Assembly (NCBI RefSeq): GCF_001194135.2
Contig: NC_068982.1
Span: forward strand, 39,398,828-39,462,827
Reading direction: 5' to 3'
From: Octopus bimaculoides
Lineage: Eukaryota
Length of the DNA stretch: 64,000 nt
The notes below the pieces were generated by a model. The model did not search any database. It was given only the letters and a program-made list of their open reading frames with translations, and was not told where the DNA came from. The number at the start of each line of letters is the position of its first letter. Within the stretch, counting starts at the first letter, position 1. Both the position numbers and the translations under genes were made by a program. Of the stretch, positions 11,916-25,131 are shown one piece after another.

Positions 11916-13005
11916 TCACGCTATATATTAGGAACAGTTACAGTTACATGAGTCACCAATGGAGTATCAGATAGATAGAGTTACAAAGCTTAATAAGTTA
12001 TTATCTATCATAGCTTCTAATTGACTTATGTTCACTTGTAAGTTGAATCTGAGTGTATGGCACTTTGAATCAATTTGTTTTATCATAGCCTTGTGGCAAC
12101 CAATTTATTTGGACATAAAAATTGGCGGATCAAAATATGCGGAAGTCCTTTGAATGAACAAGCTTCACTGAAACCGACGACGTTCTGCTGTTTGTTATAT
12201 TTAACGACACATGTTTCTACATAATTATGCCTTCATTTCCTCAGGTTTCTTGTCATGAGTCCCCACCAACAACTTAGACAATCAGCCAACCGCAGTACCT
12301 TTGTGTATTTTACTGTCGTGTTTATATAGAAAGAAAAAAAGGTGTCAATAATTTGGTTTTACGCTGCTGTCCTAATTATAAACAAATAATTAGCTTATAT
12401 TAATTAGCTTTTATTATTTATTCTATTTTATGCTATATTAACCAAATTAAGAAATCAGGTCATATTTATAATTGTAGGGTGTGGCTTGATATATTGCTCG
12501 GAAAATGATTAAATTTTAAATCGATGGTTTCACATTCAGCGTATATTAGATTTTAATACTTTGCTACTCAGACAAAAGAAGGGCCGGACGGGTGTCATTG
12601 ATCGTCATGCTAAATGTAGTAGATGACTCTGAGAAAAGAGTATACTTAAAATGTCGTTTGTTAATTACTATTTTGAAGAATCTTTTGCTCTAACCTCAAG
12701 GAAACACAATTATATGGTATTAAAAGAGAAAATACCAATATGTATATCATTAAAAAGCATCGTCTGTTGTCTGCAAAGTCAATGAGGCTCATTTTCAAAC
12801 TGTATACACGCGCATGAAATGAAAGTGATGCCATTCGTTTGTATAGAACGATTTACTTGTGTTTGGGGATCTTTTTTACTCGTAAACTAAAATTTCTAAT
12901 AACTGAAACAGTCGCTTAATTAGACGAAAGTGTTTTTGCTGTGATATCTCCTAATTAAACAGAATTTCTTACATGCATGCTTGCATACATACACACATAC
13001 ATACA

Positions 13006-13140
<135 letters not shown>

Positions 13141-13947
13141 CACAACTCAAAGGATAACTTTTTTATAGTTACTTAGGTGCTGAATGAACGATGTAAAGAA
13201 AATTCTAACGTTTCGGGTTTATAATTCCTTCAACAGATGAAAAGAAGGAAAAGAAGAAAAACAGGGAGAGTGTAAGCCACGTGCCTTCACGAATAAGCTT
13301 CCTTTGTTTTTTTTTTTTGAGTGAGCAAGGTAAGGGAAGAAAGCTATTTTTTTTTTTACAACGGAAAGTGCTTAAAGTATTAGCTGATTCATGACAGCAA
13401 GTGTGTATGTAAGTACGTGTATACAAATAGCACACATATAAACACCAGTCTCCGTTTGCACAAAATATACCCGCACTAACTGACACTTCTACAAACAAAC
13501 ATACTTAAACGTACTAAATACACGAACTATGAATGTTATCTCCCTTTATTGAATTTCCGTTGTTACAAAATGCTTTTTCCGCTTCCTATTTCTTCTTCAC
13601 TGAAAACATAACCTATTCATAAAACCATGTGGATCAGACGTCTGTTTGTCACTTTTTTTTCCTTGCTCAAATTTTCCTTGTCATTTTAGCCGATAGAATA
13701 ACGAAATCCGAAATGTCAAACGTTTCTTTCTTTCCACCATTCTGTGCCAAATTAATGCAACTTTTATGATGCATAATGTTATTTTTTAACTATATTATCA
13801 TCATCAAACATTTGGATATATTTTCCTTCTTGGTGATGCTATCAGACCGGTTTGTATTCCTAATTTGGAGGAATAGCAAGTCGGATTCCACTGGTTTACC
13901 CCTTCAACTTGCTTCGGATTGCCATTTTGGATGTATATTATTGCATT

Positions 13948-14205
13948 ATGTATGTATGTATGTATGTATGTATGTATGTATGTATGTATGTATGTATGTA
14001 TGCCTGTATGTAGATTTATGTTGTTTTATGTATGTAAGTATATATATATGTATTCATGTATGTATGTGTGTATGTGTATATGTATGTACGCATGTATGTA
14101 TATATGCATTTATGTATGTATGTATGTACGTATGTACGTATGTGTGTATGTATGTATTTATGTATGTAAATATGTATGTATAGATGTGTTTATGTATTTA
14201 TGTAT
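13948..14205. repeat. Degenerate (TATG)n microsatellite
   Basis: Directly visible. Confidence 0.9.
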
Positions 14206-15739
14206 GAGTGTATGCTCGGCATGAAAAATGATTTCAATTGAGATTGAACATAAGGAGTGAAACAGTTACTTCCATCTACAGTCATTGGAATATACGTATA
14301 ACATACATTGTTATACACATATTTAGACTTATTGTATGTTATCAATACATATCATTGCAAGTCAGAATAGTTGGTCGAGTATCGACTATTTTACGCAAAC
14401 AGGAATATAGCAGCATCAATCCACCTTACTGGTGATACATGGTATTACCCAGCAGACATCACAATAATCTCTTACTATATTTGATGTATGTAAATCTATA
14501 TTTCTAGGCTTGTACTTTTAGTTTTCATAAATCTGATACATAAAATATAGTTTAATTTATAACTGTTGAAAAAGAAAATTATTCTCAGATACTTTATAGC
14601 TACTTATATCTAAATTACTTACAATACTGAAGTTTTTACATATGTTTGTGGATATCTTTTTATATCGATATAAAAAAAAATATACAGAATAATATTATAT
14701 ATATAGGATAGTATTAAAAAATAATGATAGTGAGTATCTCCAGACATTAACCAATTAAAAAGTCGTCAGTAAAATAGACACCAAGGCGACTAAATAAGAT
14801 ACTGTGAAAGAAAAAAGATAAAAGAAAAATGTAACTGAGAAAAAATATTTTAAATGGTTGTCATAGTGGTTGTTTAACCCTGAGCATCTTTCATCGAGCA
14901 GTCTTGTGAGGAAAATCACTCAAGTCATAGGAAACATGTCTTTTAAAGACTCGTAGAAGTATATCATCTAATATGTCCTCCTCTGAAAAATAGTAGGGAC
15001 GGATTGCTATTTCTAAAATGTCAAACGACCGTGTTGGAGATGTTCCGTTGGTAGAGCAGTATTGTGGAAAACATTGCAGCAATGCAACACGCACAAATTT
15101 GTGGGCGCACACTCATACCCTAGAATATTACATACACGCGCGTCACACACACATATCGTCTTTTTACTACGGGTTAGGTTTGCGCGTATTACCTATATAT
15201 ACTGAATCAGATATTTAGTTAGAGATATTGGATGAGATTAAATGGTTTAAAGCTCTTCCCTCGCGATTAAATGTTCACATTTCTTCAAGTTAACGTAAAA
15301 GAGGCATCTATCACTGATCTTCTTCAACATAAGACCTTTTTTTTTTTGCACATATCCTATCATCTATATATCCGTTAGTAAATTAGAATTTTCCCGCAAG
15401 GTAAAGAAAGTGTTGCTTATAATGAACTGTGCTTTTGGATAACAAAAAGCTGCAGAACTCCATTAGTTCTCAGCATGTGTGATCGTTACTCTAAAGGGAC
15501 GATTGTACTTTCTAAACTTAAAGACCATCCCTTATATTAAAGGAAACTTCTTTCACGATGATGGTCTACTCTCACAAAAAAAGACAACCTGAATTACATG
15601 TGTGTAGGGAGAGAGAGAGAGCGTGTGTGAGACTATGTATACACACACACACACGTCTGCACACGCATGCATACACACATACACACACACATATAAACAA
15701 AAATGAGCTAAGTGCAATAACTCGAAGAAGGCAATGGTA

Positions 15740-16625
15740 TGTATTTGAATAAAATAGACAAATGCCAGTACGTCAAATAATACGCAACAAAAATTCTTGA
15801 TCTCTTGAAATTATCTCCACCTTAGAAGATATATATCATAATCACCAAGTGATAATAATGAAAAGGGGAGGTAATCACAGGATTCAAGTTTCTTTTAAAG
15901 TGACTTTCTATTGAGAAAAATAACTTGCTAAGGAGAGTCGTGGTTACATGTCTCTGACTCAGTAGCCTTCACCAGCACAGGATTTGCCGACTTTATCTTC
16001 AGCTGCCAAAGGACTTAGACTTGTATAAAACAGATTAGAAACAATTGTGGCCTGCGTAATTTTCATACTTCAAATAGAAATTAGCTAAGAGAAGCAATTC
16101 AAAGTGGCCAGTCGCCTGTATTTGAAGAACGTAGACAAATATCAGTAAGGTAACTACCTTACAACAAAAATTCATTTATTAAAATTATCTCCGCCTCCAG
16201 ACGATGCATCATAATTAGCAAATGGTAATTATGAGCAACTCGACTTCAGAAGGAGAAAACAATCCCAAGAATCAGGAATTCATCAAAACTGGCATACCAT
16301 TAAGGGAAAAGACAGGCTTATTGCTTGGAGATACAATAAAAATTCGTGTGAACGTTTCAGTCTTAGTATCCTTCATCAGCACGTTACTGTGACCAGAAAC
16401 AATACGTGTTCACGACTGTCCTCTTAACACAAGGAAAGACGCCTGTCCTTTTCCTCAATGACATGTCAGTTTGGGAGAAATTCTTAAATACTGAGACGAT
16501 CTTCTCTTCTGAAGCGGAGCTGGACATAACTGCAATTTGGTAATTATGATGTGTTTTCTAGAAACGAACGAAATTGTACTAAATCAAGTATTTTTCTTGT
16601 ATGGTATTTGACACACTGGCTATTG
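15740..16625. mobile_element. Three-copy 240-270 bp unit (two direct, one inverted) ending in hammerhead-like motifs; Penelope-like/retrozyme-type relic
   Basis: Copies at about 15740-15980 and 16118-16385 share GTATTTGAA..TAGACAAAT..CAACAAAAATTC..AAATTATCTCC..CATAAT..CCTTCAyCAGCAC; 16388-16625 matches them as the reverse complement. Confidence 0.6.
16345..16383 (-). ncRNA. Minimal type-I hammerhead motif
   Basis: Minus strand: GTG CTGATGA AGGAT-ACTA-AGACT GAAAC GTT CAC; core intact, palindromic AACGTT, stem II with tandem G.A pairs. Confidence 0.55.
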
Positions 16626-17579
16626 CCTCTTTCTCTCTCTGTGTATGTGTGTGTGTGTATGTGTGTGTGGATGCGTGTGCATGTGTAAGTGCGCGCATGT
16701 GCGCACATTGCATATATATATATATATANNNNNNNNNNNNNNNNNNNAATATATATACACTCCAGGTTAACCTTTAGGTAAATATCTAAATTCGCTATAT
16801 ATTTCTCTAGTTTGCACTGTTGCTCATACGTATATTTACTATCTAAAATATAAACATAGCTATATTTATAGTAATATATTTTGAATTGCCATCATAATGG
16901 CAGGAATCGATCGTATCATAGACAATACAACACGAATAAGTTTTTCTTTTCCCCCCAATAACCTTATAGTTCATCCATGTATAGTTTTAAGTTTTATGAG
17001 CATTGACACACAAAAAAAAAGAAAGAAAAATAAACGAAATACTGTAATGGTTATTTCCGATTGGAATGAATTAAAAATGTTTCTTTTTTAAAATTATCAA
17101 TAGACTGTCTTTTTCTCAACCAGACATTCTGATATATTTCATTACTAATAGCTACATGCATACTTCATTGACTAACTTGGAAAATGAGCTAAATATTCAA
17201 GGGGAATACATATCTAGTTTCAATTCTGTTCACTTACAAATCGATAAAAGAATTGACAAGAACATTACATTAAGAGAAAGGCTAATAGGCATTAAGCCAT
17301 TAATATCTTTATTTTTGTAGATTAATTCATGAATGCGTTTCTCCGGAGTTTATTGCTCAACTATTACATTTTAATATGCATCTAGAGTAATTGCTATGTC
17401 CAGCATATATTTTCATATCTAATGATTTTTTCCTATTGTGGTATTATCTCAGTTCATTTTTATTACGAGATGAACTGAAATTATGGCCCCAGATGTGAGA
17501 AATAATTTCCTAATTTCCCCCTTTTGGGACTTTTCATATAATCTAGTGGTGTTTAAAATCTAAAAACAACTGAGAAGAG

Positions 17580-17715
17580 AAATCCTCCGAGGCCGACTTT
17601 GCCTTTCATTCTTTCGGGGTCGATAAAATAAGTATCAGTTAAATATTGTGGTTAATGCAATTAACTTGCTCCCTCCCCCGAACTTGCTGACGTTGTACCA
17701 AATTTTGAAACCAAT
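17580..17715 (+). mobile_element. SINE family B, 5' truncated
   Basis: AAATCCTCCGAGGCCGACTTTGCCTTTCATTCTTTCGGGGTCGATAAAATAAGTA. Confidence 0.75.
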
Positions 17716-17830
17716 AATAAAGCTGAGGTAGTTACTAAAATAAAATCGAAAGATGTTCATTGCATTGATCAGTTGGCATTAAAGACCATATCAAACTCCA
17801 ATTTGCAGGATATTTATCTGCGTGAAACAC

Positions 17831-17883
<53 letters not shown>

Positions 17884-17896
17884 GTAATAATAATAA

Positions 17897-18390
17897 TGCA
17901 GTACGAGGCAGTAGCTTTCATGGCTTCTCATCTTAACTAATTGGAAGTGTTATTTTGTACATTGTTTTGTCTTGGTATAAAAGATGGGCTACAGCAAATA
18001 TTCTGCTCAATACCACAGATTTGCTCGATATGTGCATCTATGATCGTGGGCAGAAGTAGTGGGGGAGCATCATAGCCATGTGTTGAGAGGAAGTTTTTGA
18101 TGTTTGGATAATTCACCTCTGGAAAAATGGGTGTTTCATTCCACATCCTTAAACAACCCTTATTTAGGGACCTTTTGAGCAGGATGGGCTACTCGACCTG
18201 ACAAAGATTCTAACTGGGCCCCACCTGCAAGGTCATGCGCTGTTAATCTGATATGAGATCACCATGTCGCAAACAGATGATCGTAATGCATGTGCCTGGT
18301 GTACCCTTGTGAGACGGGTAGTCATGATGGGTATACTGGGCTTCGTATATTTTACCCCAGTGTCACTTTGATGCACTGCTCTCTCACTCT
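17897..18390. mobile_element. About 500 bp GC-richer non-coding insert flanked on both sides by (AAT)n; unclassified
   Basis: Sharp composition change; (AAT)n at 17836-17896 and 18394-18415. Confidence 0.55.
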
Positions 18391-18419
18391 ATCATAATAA
18401 TAATAATAATAATAATCTT

Positions 18420-18790
18420 TTCTGCTATAGGCCCAAAACCTGAAATTTTAGAGGACCGGGTTAGTCAATTACATTGACCTCGGTGTTCAACTCGTACTTA
18501 TTTTATTGATTCCACAAGGATGAAAAGTAAAGACGACCTTGGTGGAAATTTGATCTCAGTGTAATAATAATAATGGTTCAAATTTTGCCGCAAAGGCAGC
18601 CATTTTCGGGAAGGGGTTGTGTCGATTATATCAACCTCAGTGTCCAACTGGTATTTAATTTATCGACTTCGAAAGGATGAAAGGCAAAGTCGGCCTCGGT
18701 GGAATTTGAACTCAGAGCCTAGCGGCGGACGAAGTTCCGCGAAGCTTTTCGTCCCGCGTGCTAACGATTCTGCCAGCTCGCCGCCTTAAC
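18420..18790 (-). mobile_element. Two adjacent antisense SINE family B copies
   Basis: AAAGGATGAAAGGCAAAGTCGGCCTCGGTGGAATTTGAACTCAGA...TTCTGCCAGCTCGCCGCCTT; second, more diverged copy at 18420-18570. Confidence 0.8.
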
Positions 18791-20513
18791 AATAATAACG
18801 GTTTCTTTGCTTATTACGCAAATATACAAGCAAATGAACATTGTATAAGTGTGGAAAAAATAATGCGTCAATCATGTGCCTTAATGGACACATACCTTTC
18901 GCCGTAGCCAGTATATTGTGGTAATTTTCTTTAAAACTATATCAAGGAAATCTCTATCATGGACTTGTATGCTATACAAGAAAGCTACTCTTAATTAAAT
19001 ACATTCTGTTCAGCGATACCCACGCACTATGCACATTAATTGGAGACAGTTTTGTTGTTTTAACCGCATCCTAGTCAGGCTGAAATAACTAGGTTTATAA
19101 TTTGGTGGAACAAATCTAAACCTAGTAAAATTTTAATGAAATTGATCATAATATTGTCTGACAGTCTTCGAAATTTATTCACGCATCTACTTTCTACTGA
19201 CTAATATTTCTTCCCAAACACACCTAATATATGACCTGTTTGGTGCATAATCTGCTGATTTTCGAAAAGTGTCTTAGTCTACGTAATTAGACGCCTTCTG
19301 CTTAATTCAGATTAAGTAGGTTGATCTTAATGAGTCTAGCTGAGTGGAGGATAAAGTATTTACTCAAGAAGAGAAATCATCTAAAAGATCAGTTGAGGTT
19401 GAACATCGATCTTTGTCAATGAGTATTATAAAGAATGGCTCATTGGTGTTTGATCAAGACACATTTTGGGTTAAACAACAACATATACAAAAATACTAGA
19501 GACTGGAACATGAAAAGAGATCCGAAGCCGACTTCCTTTCGGACAGTCGTAAAATATTAATCGGGAAATCATTCAATCGCTTGAGAGTTATTCAAGAGTA
19601 CCAAAGTAGCAATATATATATATATATATATANNNNNNNNNNNNNNNNNNNNNNNNNNNNNNNNNNNNNNNNNNNNNNNNNNNNNNNNNNNNNNNNNNNN
19701 NNNNNNNNNNNNNNNNNNNNNNNNNNNNNNNNNNNNNNNNNNNNNNNNNNNNNNNNNNNNNNNNNNNNNNNNNNNNNNNNNNNNNNNNNNNNNNNNNNNN
19801 NNNNNNNNNNNNNNNNNNNNNNNNNNNNNNNNNNNNNNNNNNNNNNNNNNNNNNNNNNNNNNNNNNNNNNNNNNNNNNNNNNNNNNNNNNNNNNNNNNNA
19901 AGTCCTGGGTATGGCTTTAGATTGCATCCGTTTATGGGGCACAGGTTCAGGAATTCCATGGGTTTGAGGTGTATAGAAAAAAATCACTCTTAATAATTGT
20001 TCCCAGGTCTACTCTCATCCGGAGAACTAGCACTTATCAGGTCTCAGCTATTGGTTAATGACCTGATGATGGATTCTGGCGGTCTCTACGGAAGAAACCA
20101 CGAGATTCTATGAAGAGAAAAGCAGCTGCAGCAACTTCTTCTGGAGTGCAGAAACTAAAATGAAGCAAGTATGACATGTTAGTCATCCACTGTTTCTGTC
20201 TCAATTCTCAATCGTCTTGACCTGCGCTTGCCACTGGATTGAGGATGGTCACAGACGAGAAAATGAGATTTAAGGTGTGCAACTCTAGCAAATTCAGTTT
20301 ATGCAAATTACCTACGCATGTCATCAGTCATCTTAGAATGATTAAATTGTCCTAGGCGCTCTGACGGACGAGCATGAGATATATCGTTACATCACTTTAC
20401 TATTATTGTATTAAACAAATGAAGTGATGCACAGAAAGTATTAATTTCGAAATTTTATATCTATTTCATTGACTACAGTGCGAGGAGTGTGTTGCATTAT
20501 ATTTATATATATA

Positions 20514-20727
20514 AGGCGGCGAGCTGGCAGAAACGTTAACACGCCGGGCGAAATACTAAGCGGTGTTTCGTCTGTCTTTATGTTCTGAGTTCAGATTCCT
20601 CCGAGGTCAACTTTGCCTTTCATCCTTTCGGGGTCAATAAATTAAATACCAGTTGCGTACTGGGTCGATCTAATCGACTGGCCCTCTCCCCCAAAATTTC
20701 GGGCCTTGTCCCTAGAGCAGAAAAGAT
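20514..20727 (+). mobile_element. SINE family B full length, well preserved
   Basis: AAGGCGGCGAGCTGGCAGAAACGTTAACACGCCGGGCGAAAT...GTTCTGAGTTCAGATTCC...CCTTGTCCCTAGAGCAGAAAAGATT; inserted in TA-rich DNA. Confidence 0.9.
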
Positions 20728-21668
20728 TATATATGTGTTTGTGTGTGCGTGTGTGTGTTATTTGTAATATACAGAATATGTGTTTTGTTATGCGCATGAT
20801 CTTCCGGTCCAGGCAGAAATTGTCTTACTCGAAACCGAGTAAGTGGTGCAAAACTGATTGGGGACCATTGTGTTAGGGTGCGAAACAAAAAATGACTTAG
20901 AATGTAGTGAGATTTGAGCTTAAGATTTAAACCTATTGCAGATCATCTTGTGTGATACATTACTAATTAAAAACTCTAAAGAGAAACCAAAAAATCTAGA
21001 TGATTTTGGGGTATGTCTGATTATTGCGTCCTTATTGATCAAGATATGCAAAGATTTGGTGCATGTGGCGTATTTATTCATCAGTAGTTTTCTAATTAAT
21101 TTTCTGAAGCTTGTTTGTTATTCACTAACTCGCTATTTATCCTTATTTAGTTAATGACATTAATGAGTGCAACAGCTTGTACTTCGAAAAATGCCGTAAA
21201 TTTAGTAATTTACCTGAGCATTTTCACACTTCCACTTTTTATATCTATTCTATTTTTATTTATTTATTTATTTGCTTTTATGCATTTTAGTCTTTTCTTG
21301 TATAACGAAGAAACCCAAACATTGTAAATGTTTACACTTACTTACCCATATACATTCACGTCTACATACATACATGTATACATACATACATACATGTATA
21401 CATACATACATGATATAATCACCAATGTAGTTCAGTTATATATACACCTGTATTCATGTATATATGCATGCACGTATGTTTATAAATATATATGTATGTG
21501 TGTGTGTTTATGAGTGTGAGTCTGCGTGTGTGCGTCTGAGTGTGTCTGAGTGTGTATGCCGTGTGTGTGTGTGCCTGCGTGTGTGTGTGTGTTTATATAT
21601 ATGTATGTGTGTGTGCGTGCTCTGTAAGGTCGGAGAAAATCGCCTTCAGTGCGGTGTTTCTCCTAGAG

Positions 21669-21700
21669 CAGTGCTACTCAAAGTGGCGGTCCGCGAGCCA
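21669..21700 (+). mobile_element. hAT-Charlie-like terminal inverted repeat remnant
   Basis: CAGTGCTACTCAAAGTGGCGGTCCGCG resembles Charlie/MER5-type ends; partner end not found. Confidence 0.4.
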
Positions 21701-22894
21701 TCGGCGAATTTCCAGAAAAGAAAGAAACATTATAAAAAGCTTATGAAATGCCTATGTAATATTATTTTATTAATATTATATTATACTATTTGTTTACAAA
21801 ATAAATATGAGATAAAAATAAGTGTCAACTTTTATTATATTCATTATATATATATATATATTGCTTCCGGTATAAATTAATATTACTAAGAAATATTACC
21901 GGACTCTGGCACATTGGAAAAAAAAGAATCTCCCGGTATTCCACATTAGATAGTTTGAAAAACACTGTCCTACAGTATTCACTGAAAAGTGTTTATGTAT
22001 GTATACTGTTTAGTTTACAATTAATGTGGACATTAGTTGGAGGAATCAGTAGCTCGCCGAGAATATTCGATACTTTATTTAGGTGTGTTCCTCTAAGTTC
22101 TTTACAATTCACAATTCTAGCTTTGATGGTTGATACAGTTAATGTCTGGGTTTTACTATTGTCGAGACAATAGACTATGTTATTCTCTATAAATATCTGG
22201 GTTTTGTGGTTATGAAGGCAATCAGTGCATTACAGAATTCTATATATGACACATAGGCATATTTCACATTCCTTTTAAATCGAACGTGTGTTTGTGTATA
22301 TATGTACACACACGCACACATACATACGGGTGTAAGTATGTGTGTGCGTGTGTGTGTATTTGCATATTTGCATGTATAATGATATCTGAGTTTCAAAACT
22401 TCTGTGTTTGGAAAGTAGAGCCGATTAGATTAAGAATAGCCTATACACGCGCGCGCACACACACACACTCACACACACACACATGCACACAAATGTGGAA
22501 TGATAAAATAAGAGTAAAGACATCCAGAAACTTAAATTTTCAAAATCATCCCAACAACAAAAAAGTCGACAGAATCAAATAGTATGCAGGCTGTCTTTAA
22601 TTAAAAGCATTATTTACAAAGTTGTAGCAAGTGATTATGAATAGGTGTCTTCTTGTACACTTGTATACAATGTTGTTATGCAAATACTTTGCTTCAACTA
22701 AATATTTAAAAATGGACTTCATAGTCTTTTCGTTGCTAATCATGTTTACGTCTCACTCCTTAAATTTGAAACGTGCTCTTAAGCAACCTTCTCCAGAACA
22801 AGCAATTTCCAGTTAAATTAACTTACGTTGCGCGCGAAACAGATGTAGAGTTAATTGGGTACTCTGTAATTTTAATTAATTTCAAATAATAACA

Positions 22895-23175
22895 AGTGCA
22901 CCCAGAGAGCGCAAACCTCCGCCATGGCAACACTAACGTCCTCTCAACGATTAGCCGGAGATGATTTTCAAAATAAAAATATCTGAAATAAACTCGACCG
23001 CTCTCACAAACGAGAATACTAAAAATGAACCCGACCGCTCTCAAAAATTAAGTAAAAAACAGGAAAAATAATCCAGAATACTTGTCCGTTACTGGATCGA
23101 TCCTCAAAACTAATCAGTTCGTGCCAATCACGAGGCCAAACATGCTTGAAAGTTTCATCCGAATCCACCCACTCA
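22895..23175 (+). mobile_element. Non-autonomous Helentron/DINE-like element, truncated
   Basis: Starts AACAAGTGCACCCAGAGAGCGCAAACCTCCGCC; internal repeated GACCGCTCTCA; AAAGTTTCATCCGAATCCA motif typical of such elements (recognition from memory, no search run). Confidence 0.45.
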
Positions 23176-23821
23176 TCAGATGGCTGTTTATTCATATAGG
23201 TCGGACATGGGCAATCATCTTTGAGAAACGGGCCGCCCTATTAAAATTATTTAAGGTGGTTTATTATTTCATTAGGTGTGCGATTCAGAAGATTCCACGA
23301 TCCATAATAAGTTGATGCAACCACGCTAATTGTCGGAATATGGCACGACACTTCTTATTGAATGTTTATATCTAAATAAATACCGATTAGACTGTAATGA
23401 TAAAATTTTTCTCTTTCTCTTTTCTTTTTAATTTTCTTTTTCCTTTTATTTTCTCTTTTGTTTTCTTTCTTTCTACATCGCATACTCATTTCCTATCATT
23501 TAGACCCAACATCAGTGATGTATATAGACATATCACAAACATCAGCATATTCGGTATGGAGGATTCCGGTGCTCAGTTTTACGTTACGTTATGAAGCAAA
23601 AACCGTATTGTTCTAAACTAAAAAAAACATGACAGTAAATTTACTGCTATATCACTTTGTACAAAGCTAATTTGATCTTCCATTTTCTTTTTTGTTTAGC
23701 TATCTCGGTATACTTCAGTGCTTCTGGTTCTCAGCCTCTTACTTTCTGTATCTCCCCCTCTCTCTATCTCTTCTATTACCATCTCTTACTATGTCTCTCT
23801 CGTTCTCTTTTTCTTTCTGTA

Positions 23822-23983
23822 TAAGCGTAGGCGTGGCTGTGTAGTAAGAAATTAGCTTGACAACCACATGGTTCCAGGCTTAGTCTCACTGCGTGGCACC
23901 TTGGGCAAGTGTCTTCTATAGCCTCGGGTTGACCAAATCGTCGTGAGTGGATTTGGTAGACGGAAACTGAATGAAGGTCATCC

Positions 23984-24027
<44 letters not shown>

Positions 24028-24090
24028 TGGGTGTGGGTGTGTGTATATATATCTGTGCGTGTTTGTGTCTGTGAATGTGTATGTGTGTGT

Positions 24091-24145
<55 letters not shown>

Positions 24146-24500
24146 CATTCAAATATGGGGGTTTAGTTCACAGGTGATCTAAACGATTAGGTACACTAAG
24201 TAAGTGCGGTATAATGGATTCCTAGGGCTCCAAGGTTATAGCCGAGACGGTAGTTATGGAGCCATTGCCAATTTCCGTGTGTGTGTGAGTGTGTGCGCGT
24301 GTGCATATGTGTGCATGAGTATGTGTGAGCCTTCGTGTCAGTGTTTGTCCCCAACCGCTACTGATGGTTTGTTTACGAAAAGAGATCAATAGAATAAATA
24401 CCAAACTAAGAAATAGATATTGGGATCCATTCGTTCGACTAAAAATTCTCCAAGGTCGCAGTCTAATGACTGAAACAAGTAAAAGATAAAAGATAAAAGA
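23822..24500 (+). mobile_element. SINE family A with expanded internal microsatellites
   Basis: Head GGCGTGGCTGTGTAGTAAG..CTGCGTGGCACCTTGGGCAAGTGTCTTC; tail AATGACTGAAACAAGTAAAAGATAAAAGA. Confidence 0.85.
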
Positions 24501-24859
24501 ATTGTGTTGTATGTGTGTGCGTGCGTGTGTTTTATGTATCTGTCTCTTTGTGTCTGTGTGTGTGTGTTTGTGTGAATGTGTGTGGTAGCGTGTGTGTATG
24601 TGTGTGTGTGAATGTGTGTGCGCCCATTTGCATATGTGTGTTGCGTGTGTAATCTGTATGTATTCAAATATTCATTTCTTATACACGTGAAAATTTGTAC
24701 TGTACGGCATGCGTTAGATTACATTATTGGAGGATTAATGTAATCTTGTTAGCGATTAGACAGATCAAATTGATGATAGACTCTGGTCATGTGGCTAACA
24801 GCTCGGGACGTCCGCTAAACATTTTTGTTAGAAGTAGTTTTGTATAACTTCTCTACGGC

Positions 24860-24975
24860 TGTGCTAAACTTTATGATGAATCTCTTAATTATAAACTTAA
24901 TAGTTCCAAAATAACATTTCTGTTATTCATGAGCATATGCAGATGATATCATCTATACATTCACACAATATCTAT
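24860..24975 (+). mobile_element. Possible CR1/L2-type reverse transcriptase remnant (YADD)
   Basis: GCA TAT GCA GAT GAT ATC ATC TAT = AYADDIIY; flanks frameshifted. Confidence 0.3.
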
Positions 24976-25131
24976 TGATACATTTTATGTTTTTTTGTTT
25001 TGTTTTTGCTACCAACTTTTCAGCTATATATTATATATGTCGTGGCTGTGCATAAATGTGCATTTATTGGAAATGTAAAGCGAGTGATCGTATTATGAAA
25101 ATTTAACCCTTTTACAGCTAAAAGCAGATAT

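Noticed and set aside
20060-20105. CTGATGA followed by a hairpin and a later GAAAC
   Set aside because: Seven extra bases separate the stem from GAAA, and there is no UH triplet or stem I.
23145-23185. Minus-strand CTGATGA...GAAAC
   Set aside because: No stem II or stem I; it sits at the edge of the Helentron-like element.
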